From Halocafeteria seosinensis (Eukaryota): a DNA stretch of 46,691 bases. The position numbers and the translations under genes are program-made. Under the pieces are notes generated by a model that was given only the letters and a program-made list of their open reading frames with translations, ran no database searches and was not told where the DNA came from. The stretch lies in assembly GCA_001687465.1 (NCBI GenBank), contig LVLI01000004.1, positions 1 to 46,691 of the forward strand, in the 5' to 3' direction. Positions 22,835-36,800 of this stretch are shown here, piece by piece (position 1 is the stretch's first letter; every line of letters starts with the position of its first letter).

Positions 22835-23863
22835 TCAACTTCCCAGCCCCATTCCAACGCCACCATTTACCTTTAGTACAGTTCCAGTTACGAAAGACGC
22901 ACTGTTATGCCTATGTTGCCCATCTACTGTGTATGCATATAGTCCCGCTAACCAGCAGATAGCGTCAGAAACCTCATGCGCTTTTGCAGCTCTCTTCAGC
23001 GCTATCTGTTCCGTCATTTTGTCTTGCAGATGCTGCAGCTCTTCTTCATTGTAGTGTCCTTGCAAGCTCTGCGAAAGCATTTCTGTATTAACATGAGAAA
23101 TAAAGTCAACAAGCTCGTTATTTGGCATTTTTCTCAGTCACAAGTCAAGCGATATATTGCCTTCAATCATACCTGTTTCAACTAACCCGGGTTCTACCAG
23201 ATTCACTCTAACCTTCCTCGTAGCCACCTCAGCTGCTACGGATTTGACAAATCCTGAAAGGCCAGATTTCGAGGCTGAATATACGCTCTGTCCTCTGTTT
23301 CCCAAGCTTCCAGCTGCACTCCCCACACATACTATAGAGCCTGCATAGGAGGAAGTCAGGCATTCATGGAGTGTCTCTTCCTAAACTGAGGAGCCTTATA
23401 ACCTTACCTCCTGATTTCTGTCTGATCATCCTTTGCACAGCATGTCTGGTGGAATATATACTTCCGTGAAGATTCACGCGTAAACTGTGCTCAATAGCTT
23501 CATCTGAGCTGCGAAGCAATAACCCATTCGTTGCTTCGCCTGTGGCGAAGAAAAATCCAATGCTTCCGGTAACTTTTGAGGACTCTCACGTATCGCCTTA
23601 CCTGCGCAATGTACGAATGCGTCCAACTGAGGGAAATCGCTCTTGTGTGCCTCGAACACTGATTTTATGCTTTCTGGGTGGGAAACGTCGCATTCCAGGC
23701 CCCGGATCGTCGCATTTTGATGTTCGGATCCCAATTCCTCAGCTACCTGTTGCGCTTTTAAAGCAGATCGAGAGGTCACAGCTACTCTATGACCCAGATG
23801 CAGACACTGCTGAGCCAGAGTACGACCTATACCCTTGGAACCACCTATAATAAGCACATTCAT
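22835..23863 (-). CDS. Short-chain dehydrogenase/reductase, 3-oxoacyl-ACP reductase (FabG/CBR4-like), ~269 aa
   Basis: Motifs: GGSKGIG nucleotide-binding site, CDVS, VHCAG, VNL, catalytic S and YSASK, RVNLVEPGLVET and FVTGTVLKVNGG. Exons 23863-23602, 23539-23408, 23340-23173, 23082-22835. Confidence 0.9.
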
Positions 23864-24866
23864 GGCCAATAATGCCCCAAGATCCAACTTCACAAGGCAG
23901 AAAATCCATATAAAGGCAGGTCTACACTGCTTCCTTTGTATCCATCACACCATGATATCATCGTATACAATATGCAAAGCGTTGAATATCGGTCAATCCG
24001 GCTGGAAGTGACCAGATTGGCGTATATAGCCCCTCTTTCCCGGTAAGTTGAAGCTGCCACGACTCGCCAACGGCGGCGTTGGCAACTTTCTCGCTTTGCA
24101 AGTTAAATGGGATGCATGCCATTTCCATTTTCACATAGCATCTGGCGGATCCTATTCATTACGGTATGGTGAAAAAAGCTTCTTCATTGGCCTCCGTGGA
24201 GGCCTGAGAGAGGCAAATGACCACAAAGTTCTGTAACGCGACCTGGGCGAGTCAACGTCATTTTGGCTCATTATAGAGCATTTCAAGCTCTCAGGGAACC
24301 CCACATGCTCCCCGAAAGCTGTTTATGTCATTTTCGTGATTGACGCACGCTTGGCTTGAGAGCAATTGCACAGTGCAGGGAAATGCGTCAGCACTGTGCA
24401 ACAGCTCCGCTCACGTTGCGGAGCTTCCTGACCGCGTGCGTCTCAAGTTTATGCCCACTTCACTTCCTTCATGATCGCTTTTCGTTCCTTAAGGATCTAA
24501 ATCGTCGGGTATTGAATAGGTAAAGGGGTTCGTATTTGACAATTGATCGGGACGGAACATAGTGCATGGAGCTTTCACACGTGCCCGCTGGCGACTCATC
24601 AATTAATGGCAGTTGCAAACGCACACACGTTAAGGAAGGTGAGAGCCATCGCATATGGCGCAGAACAATTATTGCATTCACAAGTATTGTAAGTCAACGA
24701 CAAAGGGACAAACTGAAAGAAGAAAAAGACTCTGAATAGTAATATCAAGAGGTGCCTAACTGTAGGGCGTGAACGAGAATAGATCTTGTAGAGCTTAGCT
24801 GCTGTATAAGCACGTCATTTCTGACTCTCTTTTCTAGTGTGACCTTCACATTCTTACAAAGGAGAT

Positions 24867-27800
24867 ATGTTGAATAGTTTAAACCATTTTATATTGCTCT
24901 GTCTGGTGGTCACAGCCAGTGTGTACCCTCAGAAACTAAGCAGGGTTCCTGATGTAGCGCATGTTACTTGGAACTTCCAGCGTGATAGCATTTACCCGGA
25001 CTCGCAGTGTGTATTAAACAGCGTTAACTGTTCTATCACTGTTAATTATCATGAAGTACGTAAAAAACCGTTGGCAACGCATGTTAAGCCGTCGACCCGT
25101 TGGTTCTCGCTCTGCAGTTCTTTTCGGACTTCCACTTAAGTCCACGATATAGACAACAGGCACTCCGGGGAACCATTGACTTTGGCGATAGCAGTACTAC
25201 GCTACTGACGTCGTTTAGAACAAGTCATGAAAACATTCCCGGTGCTCGTATATCAGGAAGAGCAAAGCACACGTAAGAAATGTTGCTGCGACCTTGTATA
25301 CGTCGAATGCTGCACGCTATTCCATGTATGCTTGATGCAGATATTCTAATGGTTTCACAGATGAGCCATTCTTAGTATCTGTTCATCCATGTGATGTATC
25401 TAGAAACTTCAGCTCTACCTCAGGGTGCAGAGCTTACCAATTTGCCGTCGACTTATCACTCGCCACGGCGGTTTCTACTCTTCATTTCGGTAAATTCAAT
25501 GCGGTCAACTCGCTTGATGCCGACAGAAGGAAGTCAGCTACTATGGTATCACCTATATTTTCAAATGATGGGAGGCGCTCCATCTTAAATTTACCGGAAT
25601 TTGGCGTTCAAGAATGGCTAGCCCAACTAGGGAACGACTCGTCCTCGGAGCTGGCTATATTCCTTCCTCAGGAGACTAAAATACTTGACTTGGAGAACAG
25701 CCAGCTGCTACCGTTCAGCTTTCATGGAAACGTGTTCATCTTGAGCACTGGAGAGGAGATCTCTGCAGGTTGCAGCCGGTACAAACAATCATTTGCTGCA
25801 TGCGATGTGGGCCCCGAAGGATTGCGCTTGTCCCAAGAGCAGTCTGCTGTCCGACTCAGTATCGAGGGGAGTTCGGGAGCTTATCAGTCTAGCGTTGATC
25901 TCGCGTTGTTTAGTGGGAATGTAGATTTAGGAAACGCAACTACAGAACACTATCCGATAAGCATTCTTAGGTTAAACGTTGAAGAAAATGACATCTTCAC
26001 GGACGCGACTAACGAGTGGACCGTTGACGACTTGTCCTTCGCAAATGAGGATGGAGGAAGTTCCACAAGTTACTCGCATAAGGTGGTAATGCAAGTGAGC
26101 AGTACTGTGGGGCACGATTGCAACACAACAGTGGACAAATTGAACTCGACGTTGCAAATTTGGGCGGATAATACATTTCGCGGAAGTACAGATAAACTCA
26201 CGGAGCTCAACGAGGTAGAAGTAGGACCTTTCATTTTGGCAAGTTGCAAATGTTCATCAAACGGAGGAGCAAAATGCAATTACACGGCATCTGCGTTTAC
26301 ATGGCCAGTAGAGCATGAAGCAATGGATCTTGATGTTTTGCGTAAGGATGCTCTATGCGTTCAAGCAGTTAGAACTGTCCTAAAGAATGAAGAATTGTCA
26401 TCGTGGACCGAAAACTCAATCGCCGCCAGTATTAAGTATGAGCACGCCTCCGAATGTCTTGATTTGCCTCGCACAGTACAAAGACGAGCACAATACAGTG
26501 GGGGAGGTGAACTCTGCGGCTCGATGCCGACACTACTCGGTCTACCAGAGAATGTCACGGAGTTTGCGTCGTCCACAGAAAACGGACAGCCTATCGGAGG
26601 GTACGGCTACTCGGCACAGGTGCCTTTGATGCTTGGGCTGCAATTTAACAGCATCGTCAAGGAAGCAAAGCATCTAGATAATGAGCTTTCAATTCAATCG
26701 TTTTCCTTACTGGTATCTAGTAGCCCCAAAGTTCGAGGAGGAGATACCCCTCCTTCGTTAACCTCGGATAGAATGGCTTTTGCCCCTTCGAAGGCGATAC
26801 TTTCACAATTTTCGAAACAATGCCGTTGTTCTGGCATGAGATGTAAAGTGTGTTTGCGTGTAAGGATCCCTCGGAAAACAGCGGAATTCTTTGACCAGTA
26901 TACCAGCGCATGCTCTTTAGACGGCTGGTGCGATGTCGCCAGCCAAGAAATGCCATCTTGGTCTCTGGATTCAGAGTCTTTATGTAGTAATTGTACGGTG
27001 GTTTATAGCCTGGATTGGAAACATTGTCCCGTGGATAATAGCGTAGTGCTAGAGTTCAATGCTCAGGTCCTCTCTCCTGAGGGTGTGCCGATGACAGAAG
27101 TCAGCTCCACTCTCTCAACGAGCATTTCTCCCACCATACTCCATCATGCTGTCTACGGGTCTTCAACAGGATATAGCGCTGCAATGGCTACTGCAGATGC
27201 CGCATACCCCGCAATACTCATTCAAAGGACGCAGTTTACGCCTGCGGCTAAAATTGGACTCAAGCGCTTTGAAGTGAGCGGAGTAGCTTTATCGCCCAGC
27301 AGAGCTGATACGATAGGCCATTGGAGGCCTTTCTACTCCCAGCAGTTGGTACACGAACCCTTAGTAATCAAATGGAGAATTCCAATTGGAGTTGCTGTGC
27401 ACGGATACTGCACTTCGCAGGATATCTGTCGGCACTTCAGGAAACGAGCTATGGAATTCTTAACTGGGTACTTTGGGATAGAGTTGCGGAAGAACCAAAT
27501 TCGAGGAGACACGGTTACCGAGTCTTTGAACTTGCTTTTAATGGCCAACTCAATTCGCTGTCTGGACGCTTTGTGCTCAACTTCCGCGGTCTTTCTCCCG
27601 TCCCCGAAGATCGTTGTTCAGGGAGCTTGCTCTCTTACGTTTAAAGGAGCAGTGGAGGATACCGACTTTAACCAGCCCGGAGAGTACAGCTTGGAATGGA
27701 TTCCTGGATACACGTCTATTTGCGAAGTGGAAGTTCCACCGAGCGCTGCAGCAGGAACCCTGCAAACTAAGACTGTGTACAAGTTTCCAGTGCATTGCCT

Positions 27801-30800
27801 TGATTATTTGCACGCTGCACAAGCTCATGCTTTTGACGAGATTACTCTTTCGGTAGAGAGCGCCTCCCATGGAACATTATTCCCATCTCACGAAATGTAT
27901 GTGTTAAGTATCCATACAGACGGTTTCAAGAAAGGACAATATGTAGCAGCGCTGGAGTTTCAGTTGCCAGTAAAAAATGCGACATTAATCGCTACAGTGA
28001 ATGGGGTAAACGATATGGTCGCGTTCAATAGCGGGGTATCCCAATCAGAGCGCTTCATTGTCCATGTGAATTGCTCATGTAATGGACAAGCAGTCCCAAA
28101 TGTACTGGAATTGCACAAGCTGGATATTGGGAGCGGAGTGAGGACATTCTCCGGTACTGAGGAGACGGTTGACATCATCGCGACAGATGACGAAATCAGC
28201 TGGGATCTAAGTTTCAGTAGAGGCTTTCAAGGTGTGGACGGTGATTGCGGTATTACCAATTCCTTTGATTTGTTAGTAAAAAGTTTGGAAGCATCTACAG
28301 ACACTTCTGTAACATGCATTCTTAGTTCAACGGGTAGACGATACGTCTGTTCAAACAATGGATTCCATAAAGCCGGTCTCTACATGCTCTCTTCCGAAAG
28401 TGTAACGATTATCTCTCCACGATTGCGGGTAATTCCAGGCGACGTCGACAAAACACATTCTTTCCAGGAGGCTGAATTCTTTGGTATTTCAGAGATGGGA
28501 TATTTGTCAAAGGCTATCTTCTGGTTCAAAGATGGATTTGATAACATTGTGTCCCCTATCTGTAAAGAGGCTAAGCAGTCGATCCTCAACGGAAGCGATG
28601 AGTTTCGAATTTCTGCTGTTTCTCAAGGTGGCAGCGTGGGTGCTGTCTCCATTAGCTCTGGAATACAGCAAGCTTTTGGTAACATAACGAATATATCCCG
28701 TGTGTGTAACTCGAATGGCAGCGTGTCGGCACTTATTACTACTCAGGGGCGAGAATTGCATTCCTTGGATGTTAAACGCGAACACGATAATTTCGCACTA
28801 TTGTCAACCGAAATTGATTTTGCCGTATTAAGCTGCTCCGTCCATCCCGTAGTAACGCTAGAAGAGAGCGAGTTATGCCAAGTTGGGGCTGCATGCAGCA
28901 TACGGTTTTCTATCGCAGATAGATTTGGGAACAATATTCCGAGCGCGTGCTACAACTGGACGGCAGTCGCAAATAGTGGATTCACGGAGACAGCCGTGAT
29001 CACGGGTGTAGATGAGTATATGGTGGAAATTAGCGTCACCGCCAAGCGCAATGTAAATGGGAGCGTGCACATGTTTAGTAAATTCCGGTCAAACACTGAA
29101 GTAGAGTCGCATGGCCCATTCTCTCTTGTAGTCGTACCGAGCAAGACGATTCACGAGTTGGCAGTAAAACGAACCTCCGTAGAGGACCTCACCCCAACTG
29201 CTTCGTGCATACATGGCACTTTGGATGATTGCTACGCTATATCGTTCGACCTTTCAGCGAAGGATAAATTCGGTAACGGTATTTCATGTAGCTATGATTA
29301 TGATATCGTGTGGGATGACGGTATTATCGCTTTTACTGAAGCGACTTCCCCCCAAGGAGCTGACCTGACATTATCGAACGGTGATGGAGTATTTTCTTTA
29401 AGATTCAGGCAGCTTTCCTCAGTAGTCCCCAGGCAAATTGTTCTCAGCTTTCCTGCAACTACCGTACGAGTAAAAGAACCGTTTCGAGCTTTGCACATAC
29501 TAGTAAATAGCTCAAGTTTGGAAACATCGGAAGAAACGCTTTTCACCGGTACGGGGTTGTCCGTCTCCCAGTATGAACTGCCTATCTCAACCCCTTATCA
29601 TGCAAGAACTTTCGGACGGCTACCAAACAATACCTTCTTTGTGGCTGCGAGCTCCTGGGATAGCCGCAACGTTTATAATGCAACAAGCGGTACGTACAAG
29701 CTCATACTATATACAGACGCTAGAGCAGACCAGCCTCCAACAGCTGTGACAACCCTAGAGAGTATGCGTGCGAGTCACATGAGTCAGACATTAGCTGCTG
29801 CTGAAATAAATAGCAATATGGAGTCTTTTAGTATTTCCAAGGATATATGGACGTCCGCTGTGAACCTCGAAACCTCTGTTCCCATGTGTGACGACGGTAC
29901 TTTCCTGGTGACAGCCGAAGGATCGGACCGGCTAGTTAAGGAGTTCGAGCGGGATTTTAGAGCCGTGTGTCTGGATCAACTTGGCGGCATCAGCAATTGC
30001 GTACATCCAATCAACATTAATGTGTCTTCATCAACCGATCAATGTATAGGAACGATGACCGAGTTTCGATCGGTTAAATTTGATTCAACGGAGAGAATTA
30101 ATTCCACTTTGTCAGGGCGTGTTTATCAGACACCTTTAGATGAAGCCTGTGTAGCGCAGACCGTCCAGAGATTACACCAAATGCCCAACGACTTGTCGGT
30201 AGCACTTTACGATCACAGTACGCTTTATGCTTGGAGCAACGTGTCCATATATGTTTGGTCAGATACGGTTGCGGCAAATACATTGAATCAATTTGATGAC
30301 CTGCGAATAGAAGCCGAAGGTGGGAAGGCGAACCTCCCGAGCGTCTGTGCCGCGACGACAACAGACGTCCCGTCACTGACAGAATTGGATAGCTCGTTCA
30401 GCGCTCTGAGTCATTCATTTGATGTTTCTCAATGTAATCAACATGAGCGAGTTGAAATTTCGATAAATGTGTCGTCGTCGGCCGACACGAAAGTCTTCCA
30501 GACTAGCCTGAGAAAACTCCCCGGCCCCGATACAAGTCTACGCGTTCTTCAACAAACTTTATCATTACGGATGAGGACCTTCATTCTTAGCGTGGTTTTT
30601 GACTTTGTGGACCAGCACGGACTTACTCTGTCTCATATAAGCGATCTAACAAGGGTCGATTCTCCTCATTTAGTGCCAATATGCGCCATCTCCCAGGAAT
30701 CCTCCGGGGCATATCATATGTTGTGCCGAGCTCAAACTAACTCTGAGTACCAGCAAGTGTCAATCATAAGTTCATCCCTGGGCCTCACCCTTGTAGAAAG

Positions 30801-33800
30801 TACACACCTGGAGGCTACAATGATCGAGATCGGCGACTATATCAAAACGGGTGACAATACTCTTAGCATTATGACGCAGCCCCTGAACGCGTTCGGCGAA
30901 CCGACACAAGCAAACAGTAGTAGGGCAGGGCTATTGGTCTGCGTCAGCCTTGACGATACGCTTCTTCGTCCCCCCAGTTTTTTAGTTAATGGTTTAGCCT
31001 TGCAGTCTTGCACCTGGATTGCTCCAAGCGAAGCAGTCGAGCGCTCTATGTTCTCTCTAAATACCTCTGTACTGGATTTTCCGAAGAGCTCTACCATTGT
31101 TTCAACGGTTGGAAATGGATTTAAAGCAGTGGTATCTCCTCTCCGTTTCATTACGGAATGCACGCTTACAGAGGCGGAGATAATTGAAACGATAGCTGTT
31201 CAAGCGCTTGTATCCACAATATTCAGAGACAGTATTGTTCAGAGTGCCGTCCTATACCGCGTTGTTTTCCCTCAAGATACGCGTAAGGAATGCCTGAAAC
31301 ATATAGTCTCAGTGATACAGTCTTGGCAGGTCAACTTGTTCGGTAATGACACCGCTCCTTCGTGTGAGCTTCAATGTGCGGAACTGCTGTGCGATATCAT
31401 CTGTAATATTTCGTTGACGTCCACTCTTCGAATCGTGGGCATAGAATTTGTGGATAGCACCGGTAACGAGGATGAGCTGAAACCCATGAACGATACATTT
31501 TCTTTCCTAACTCTGGGACTCCCAAGCAATCGCACCTCGGTATTGAGCACCCCAACCCCAGAATGGGACCCAGGCGAGTTTCACCCAGTTCGTCTTGTAT
31601 TGAAGGATCAAAATGGACTAACAATCGACGAAGAGTTGTTTCGTGGCTCCGACTTTAACACTTGGTGTTTAGTTGTCTATGGAGAAACAGGTGTACGACC
31701 CCTGCGAGTCTACGACATATTCTGCTCGGTGTACCCTCCGTCGCAAATAGTCTTGGATGGAGAAAGCACAAATATTTCCCAAAGTTGGAACTTCGCTGAG
31801 CCGTCAAACTTGGTGGATTTTAGCCTAATGCCTACCGAACTAGTAGCGGGAGGGATTGAGGCGCAGCTGCATTTTGCCGGCCAAGACTTTGCAGGCGACA
31901 ACCAACAAGTGTTCCAAATATCTTGGTTTGAAGGCAGCACCGTCAGCATCAACGTAGGCCCTCCCTATGCGGAAGCAAGTAACATTAGGCTGATTTCCTC
32001 CAGCGGTGAGGCTGCTTCCGATGCACCAGCGCTGTACCTAGCACTCCACGATGCGGGAGGAAACGATATCGTCAATGCAAACTGCTCAAACGCGAAGAAC
32101 TTTGTTTCGGGCACAAGGCTCTTATTTTTTAATCACGATCACGTGTTTCATACATCTTCTTGGCACCTTGCAGACACTGGAGATCGCTTTGAGGCATCTC
32201 TAGAGAAAATTCTTGTATCTGGGACCTACAGCGTGTGGGCAACCTCCAACTTTGGGGAGCTGCTTGGAGAAAGTCTAGGGTCTGCCTCATTAAGCATACG
32301 GGAATTCGAAGTCTCGGGATCAACAAATCCGGGAGACTTCGATGCGAACAGAACGTTCGTCCTGGGTCCACTTCTATCCGGCTTTTTCGAAGGCGATGCA
32401 AACAGAGATTCCATCTATTTGTCAGTTCACGTTTTCGACAAATTTGGGAACATTCCAGGAGAAGGAATTTCTAGGCAAGGCTTTACTCCATGCGTTCTTC
32501 TTGGGACAGCGGTGATTCCCTTCAACGAAAACTCTCACGGAACCGTTGCTGACCTTTTCGGTGTGTTCAAATTTGAGGTTGGTGAGTGGGGCGGGACAGA
32601 TACCGGAAATGTTCAACTGTCAGTGTATTGGCCAACTTGGGATGGCTCCGTGTTTTCATGTCCTTCGGATCTGGACAACTCCTTGCTAGTGGCATCAAAG
32701 GAAATTCACATATCAAGTGCGTCTCCATGGGATGAGCAACTCGAGTCAGTTCCGTCTAGTGCGACAGTCTCTCAAGAAGTTGACATCTTGGTACAAATGG
32801 TAAAGAGCGATAGCTGTGACGACTACGGCTACGGTTACGGGTATGGAGGAGACTGCGGAAATTATGATGACAATGACCCAGACCTTCCTGGGGAACCTTT
32901 GCCAAAATCGATTTTCCAAGTTGAGGCTGTCGTTCCATTACCCGCCGGTAACCCAGCGAGCGGTAGAGAAGGAGCAACTGAGGAGCTCCACCATCAACCA
33001 CTGGAGCAAACTGTGACAAAAAACGGAGATGGAACTTTTACAATTCATGTCCAAATGCCCGGTAACCATGGAGATGACCCGGTAGTCGCAATTAGATTGT
33101 ACAGCATGGGACACAAGATCCAAGATGATGATCCCACTGTCACGCTAGCACCAACTACAGTAGAACCAGCAAATAGCATCGTTCACGGCTCCTTTTATCA
33201 CAGTGACTCCAAATACTGGAAACAATCGCATTCTGCGCTGAGCGCCATATCTAACAGGGAAATGGAACTTACCATCCTATGTAGAGATGAATACGGCAAT
33301 CCGTCATCGTGTGCATCAGCGGATTTTGTAGCAAACGTCACCAAACACTCACAGGAAACAGATTGCGAGGTCGCCCTCTCCCCTAGTGAGACTTCATCAA
33401 ATGAGTTGCTAGTTAAATATCGATGTCTCCTGAGTGAGAGAGTAAACGTTTCTGTTGTGGCCGGAGTGACTGGGCAGCACATAGTCAACTCGCCAATATC
33501 AGTGGACATTATCCCGGGAGCCCCCGCCATACACAAGAGCACCGTCGAGAGTTACACTTCCATTATGACAGCGGGCACATGTGGTACTGCCATAATTCAG
33601 TTAAGGGATGCACACGGAAACCCGCTCAAAAGCTTACCACATACAGATTTGGCCTTTTCGGCAAGGTGGGTGGACGAAAACATTTCCGCAACTTTGTGGG
33701 ATAACCTTGATAACCTCGGCATGAAGAATGCCTACGTTAAGAACGGAAGGGCAAAAATAAGTTTCTGCAGTTTTAATATGAGTCTACAAACTTCCCTGCA

Positions 33801-36800
33801 AAGACTCCAAGTATCTATGGCTAATCCCGAGGAAAGGGAACTTCTAGACCCTGGATCGCTGCCAACAGTATCCGTGACGGCAGGACCAGCCAGTGCTCAA
33901 CATTCCATCGTGACTGTAGAAAACCAGTCGCCTTCTGGGATTGCTTTGATCATTCGGGGGATAGACCGCTTAGGCTATTGGTGTAGGTCGGCAGACGAAT
34001 TAAAAGACTCAGTCAGGATTGTTGTCGTGAGGAATTCTTCTGTATCTACATTAACCGAGGAGACGCGATTTATAGTCGATGCCACCTTATGCCATGTCAG
34101 CGTTTTCCTAAAGCCACAGACGACCGGCCAGTATGTTTTCCAGGTTGCATTTAACGGCGTGCTCGCTCTGAACATTGATGATTCTCCCGTAGTATCGTTC
34201 ATATCTGAAGATGCACCTGCAAGCAACTGTCCAGAGGTGATCGCGGACGGTATCATCGTAGATACCCAGACTGCATCAAAGTTGGGGCCCCGCCCCAATG
34301 AGACAGATCTGTTACAGATAAGATGGGACACAAATGCAAACCTGGGATACTGCATGGAGACTCAATCGTTTCAGTTCGACCAGGCTGTCGTTGAAATGGC
34401 TGATGGAACGCTTGTGAACAGCTCCGTCCACGTGATATCGACATTTAAGTTTAGTGTCTCCGTACCAGTAGGCACAATCTGCGCCGACACGGTTCGAGTT
34501 ATGCTTGGACTCAATGTTGGAGGAACGAAGACTCTCAGAGTAATACCATCGCAATTTTCATTTTGCCAAATCTCTCAAGGCATTCCGGCAGGAAACCATT
34601 CTACTATTGTCGCAGACACGTCATCGGAAGGCTGGCCGCTTGAGCAACCGGTGTCATTAAGCACTTCTTTCATTGACAAGAACGACATTGCTGTTCTCGA
34701 AGAGCTTTTTATTGCCACACCCTCGAACTTTTGGTGTATTAAGATATCTGTCGAGAATGCTCTGGATGTGGTCTGCTCTATGTATCCACCATCCCAGCTG
34801 TTAGGTAATACTCAAGAAACTGGCGTTTCTTTCTCATCAGCGAATTCGACGAATCTTACATTGACAACAGACATTGTACTCTTTGTTCCGGCAAGCACTG
34901 ACTATCAGCAAGGGCAGCCGTTAACGGCGGAATTACTCCTCGGCAATTCGGACGATTTCAGTCAACATACTACGCATGCAATCGAATGGAATCCCCACCC
35001 GAAATCAATTTTCCATGACATACCCACGCAACGTAGCACGCTGTCCGTCTCGGCTTTCACCGCAGAGGTTGGCCGAACAGATGTTCTTGTTTATGCAACA
35101 TTAAGGGATTGGAGTGGAACGCCAATCGTTGACCAGAACGCATCAGGTTTTCTCCAAGGCGTAGACGTAATTGCAGTGAGGGATGATGGGGCACAATTCT
35201 CGCTGCCGTTGGAGTTCTCTCAGAGCAACGGTAGATATGAGGCGTCTTTGCAACCCCTTAAAAGATCAGGAACTTATGTGTTTTGGACAGCTCTCGATGA
35301 TGGGTTCATATTGGCTGGGCAACCAAGCATTGAACTAGTAGGGATTAAGCAAAGGAGCGAGGCTTCGAAAGATGCGACGCAGTTCTTTGGCACGCTTCTC
35401 TCCGGCTACCAAACAGATCATTTGACGCACGAATTAATTGTCAAGCTCTTCGACGTATTTGGAAACATTCCGGGGAGCGTCGTTGAGCAGTTTCACCCTT
35501 GCGTCACGCTAGGACAAGATGTTGTTCCATTATTTGGTGACGTTTCATTCACTGAGGTAACGCATAACGCTGAGTATTCCTTCCAAATGGATAAGGAAAT
35601 TGGGGCAAGCGCAGGAGTATTGGACTTGCTTGTATACTGGCCTAACGTGAGCGAAGCAGGAGACTATTCGTGTCCCGTGGATGTGGCTGAATATTACAGC
35701 TTGGAAAAAGTTTTTGAAAAGCAGATACTTTTTGACCCCGAGCCCTCATTTTCTCCGGAAAGTACTCAGATAGTCTCTCTGGATGGTGAAGGCTCCACAG
35801 GAACGTTCTACATTGTCTTGCAGCTACGCGATGTAGCCGATGAGGACGTGCTCACTGACGAAGGGGCCCCTGCTGAGATATTCCATCTTGAGGGTCTTCT
35901 TCCTGACGCCCCAGATGGGAGACAACTTGTACAGGTGTCACCGTTAGGGGAATACGTTGGGGAGGGGAGGTACAACATATCATTTTCCATTGAGAAGCAT
36001 CTGAATGAAGAAATCCAATTGTATATCTACTGTCTGGGAGTGTCGGTGGAGCAATCGCCAGCGACTATATCATTAACAAAAGGAGCAGTTTTTCCCTCTA
36101 TGTCTTATATTGAGGGAGTGTTCACCGACTTCCTTTTTCCCTACCAGGCGGAGAGAGCCAGTTGGCTGCGGGACTATTCGACGCTAGTGGCTGAATCAGT
36201 GCAAAAGATGACTCTTAAGATCAAATGCAGAGACGAGTTTGGTAACGCGGCGTCTTGCGAGACCTCAGACGTAGTAATATCTTATGTGCCTGTAAAGGGA
36301 GATTCCGGATGCCGCACTAGTTCTGTATCGAAGGATAGTTCTGGGGATTTCGAGGAGATCACAATACTTTACATATGTGATTATACTGGACACACAAACG
36401 TGTCCGTTCAAGATCCTGCGGGGAATCATTATGGCAATTCACCGTTATTTATCCGCACGCGCCCAGGAAATCCTCTATCGATACCGGATCTAGATCCACC
36501 GTTCTTCTCTACACTGCTTGAGTATGATAGTTCGCTCACAATTGGCACATGCGGAGTTGGGAAAATCCAACTGCAGGACCTGAAGGGCAACAATTTAACG
36601 TCATTTCCATATGAAGATCAACGATCAGCTTCTCTTCTCTTTGAGCCTGTTTGGTCAGAACTTCCGGGAGCTACAGCAAACGGACTCTCAGCTGCCCCTT
36701 GGTTGGAATCCTATCCATACAGTCAGGGATATATAGGGAACGGTCGAATCCAGTTTAGATATTGCAATTTCGAGCAAGATTTGGATTTGTCGAAAACTTA

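Noticed and set aside
23150..23165. GC-AG intron donor in the SDR gene
   Set aside because: A canonical GTATGA donor at 23172 gives the correct phase and the expected VETEM sequence.
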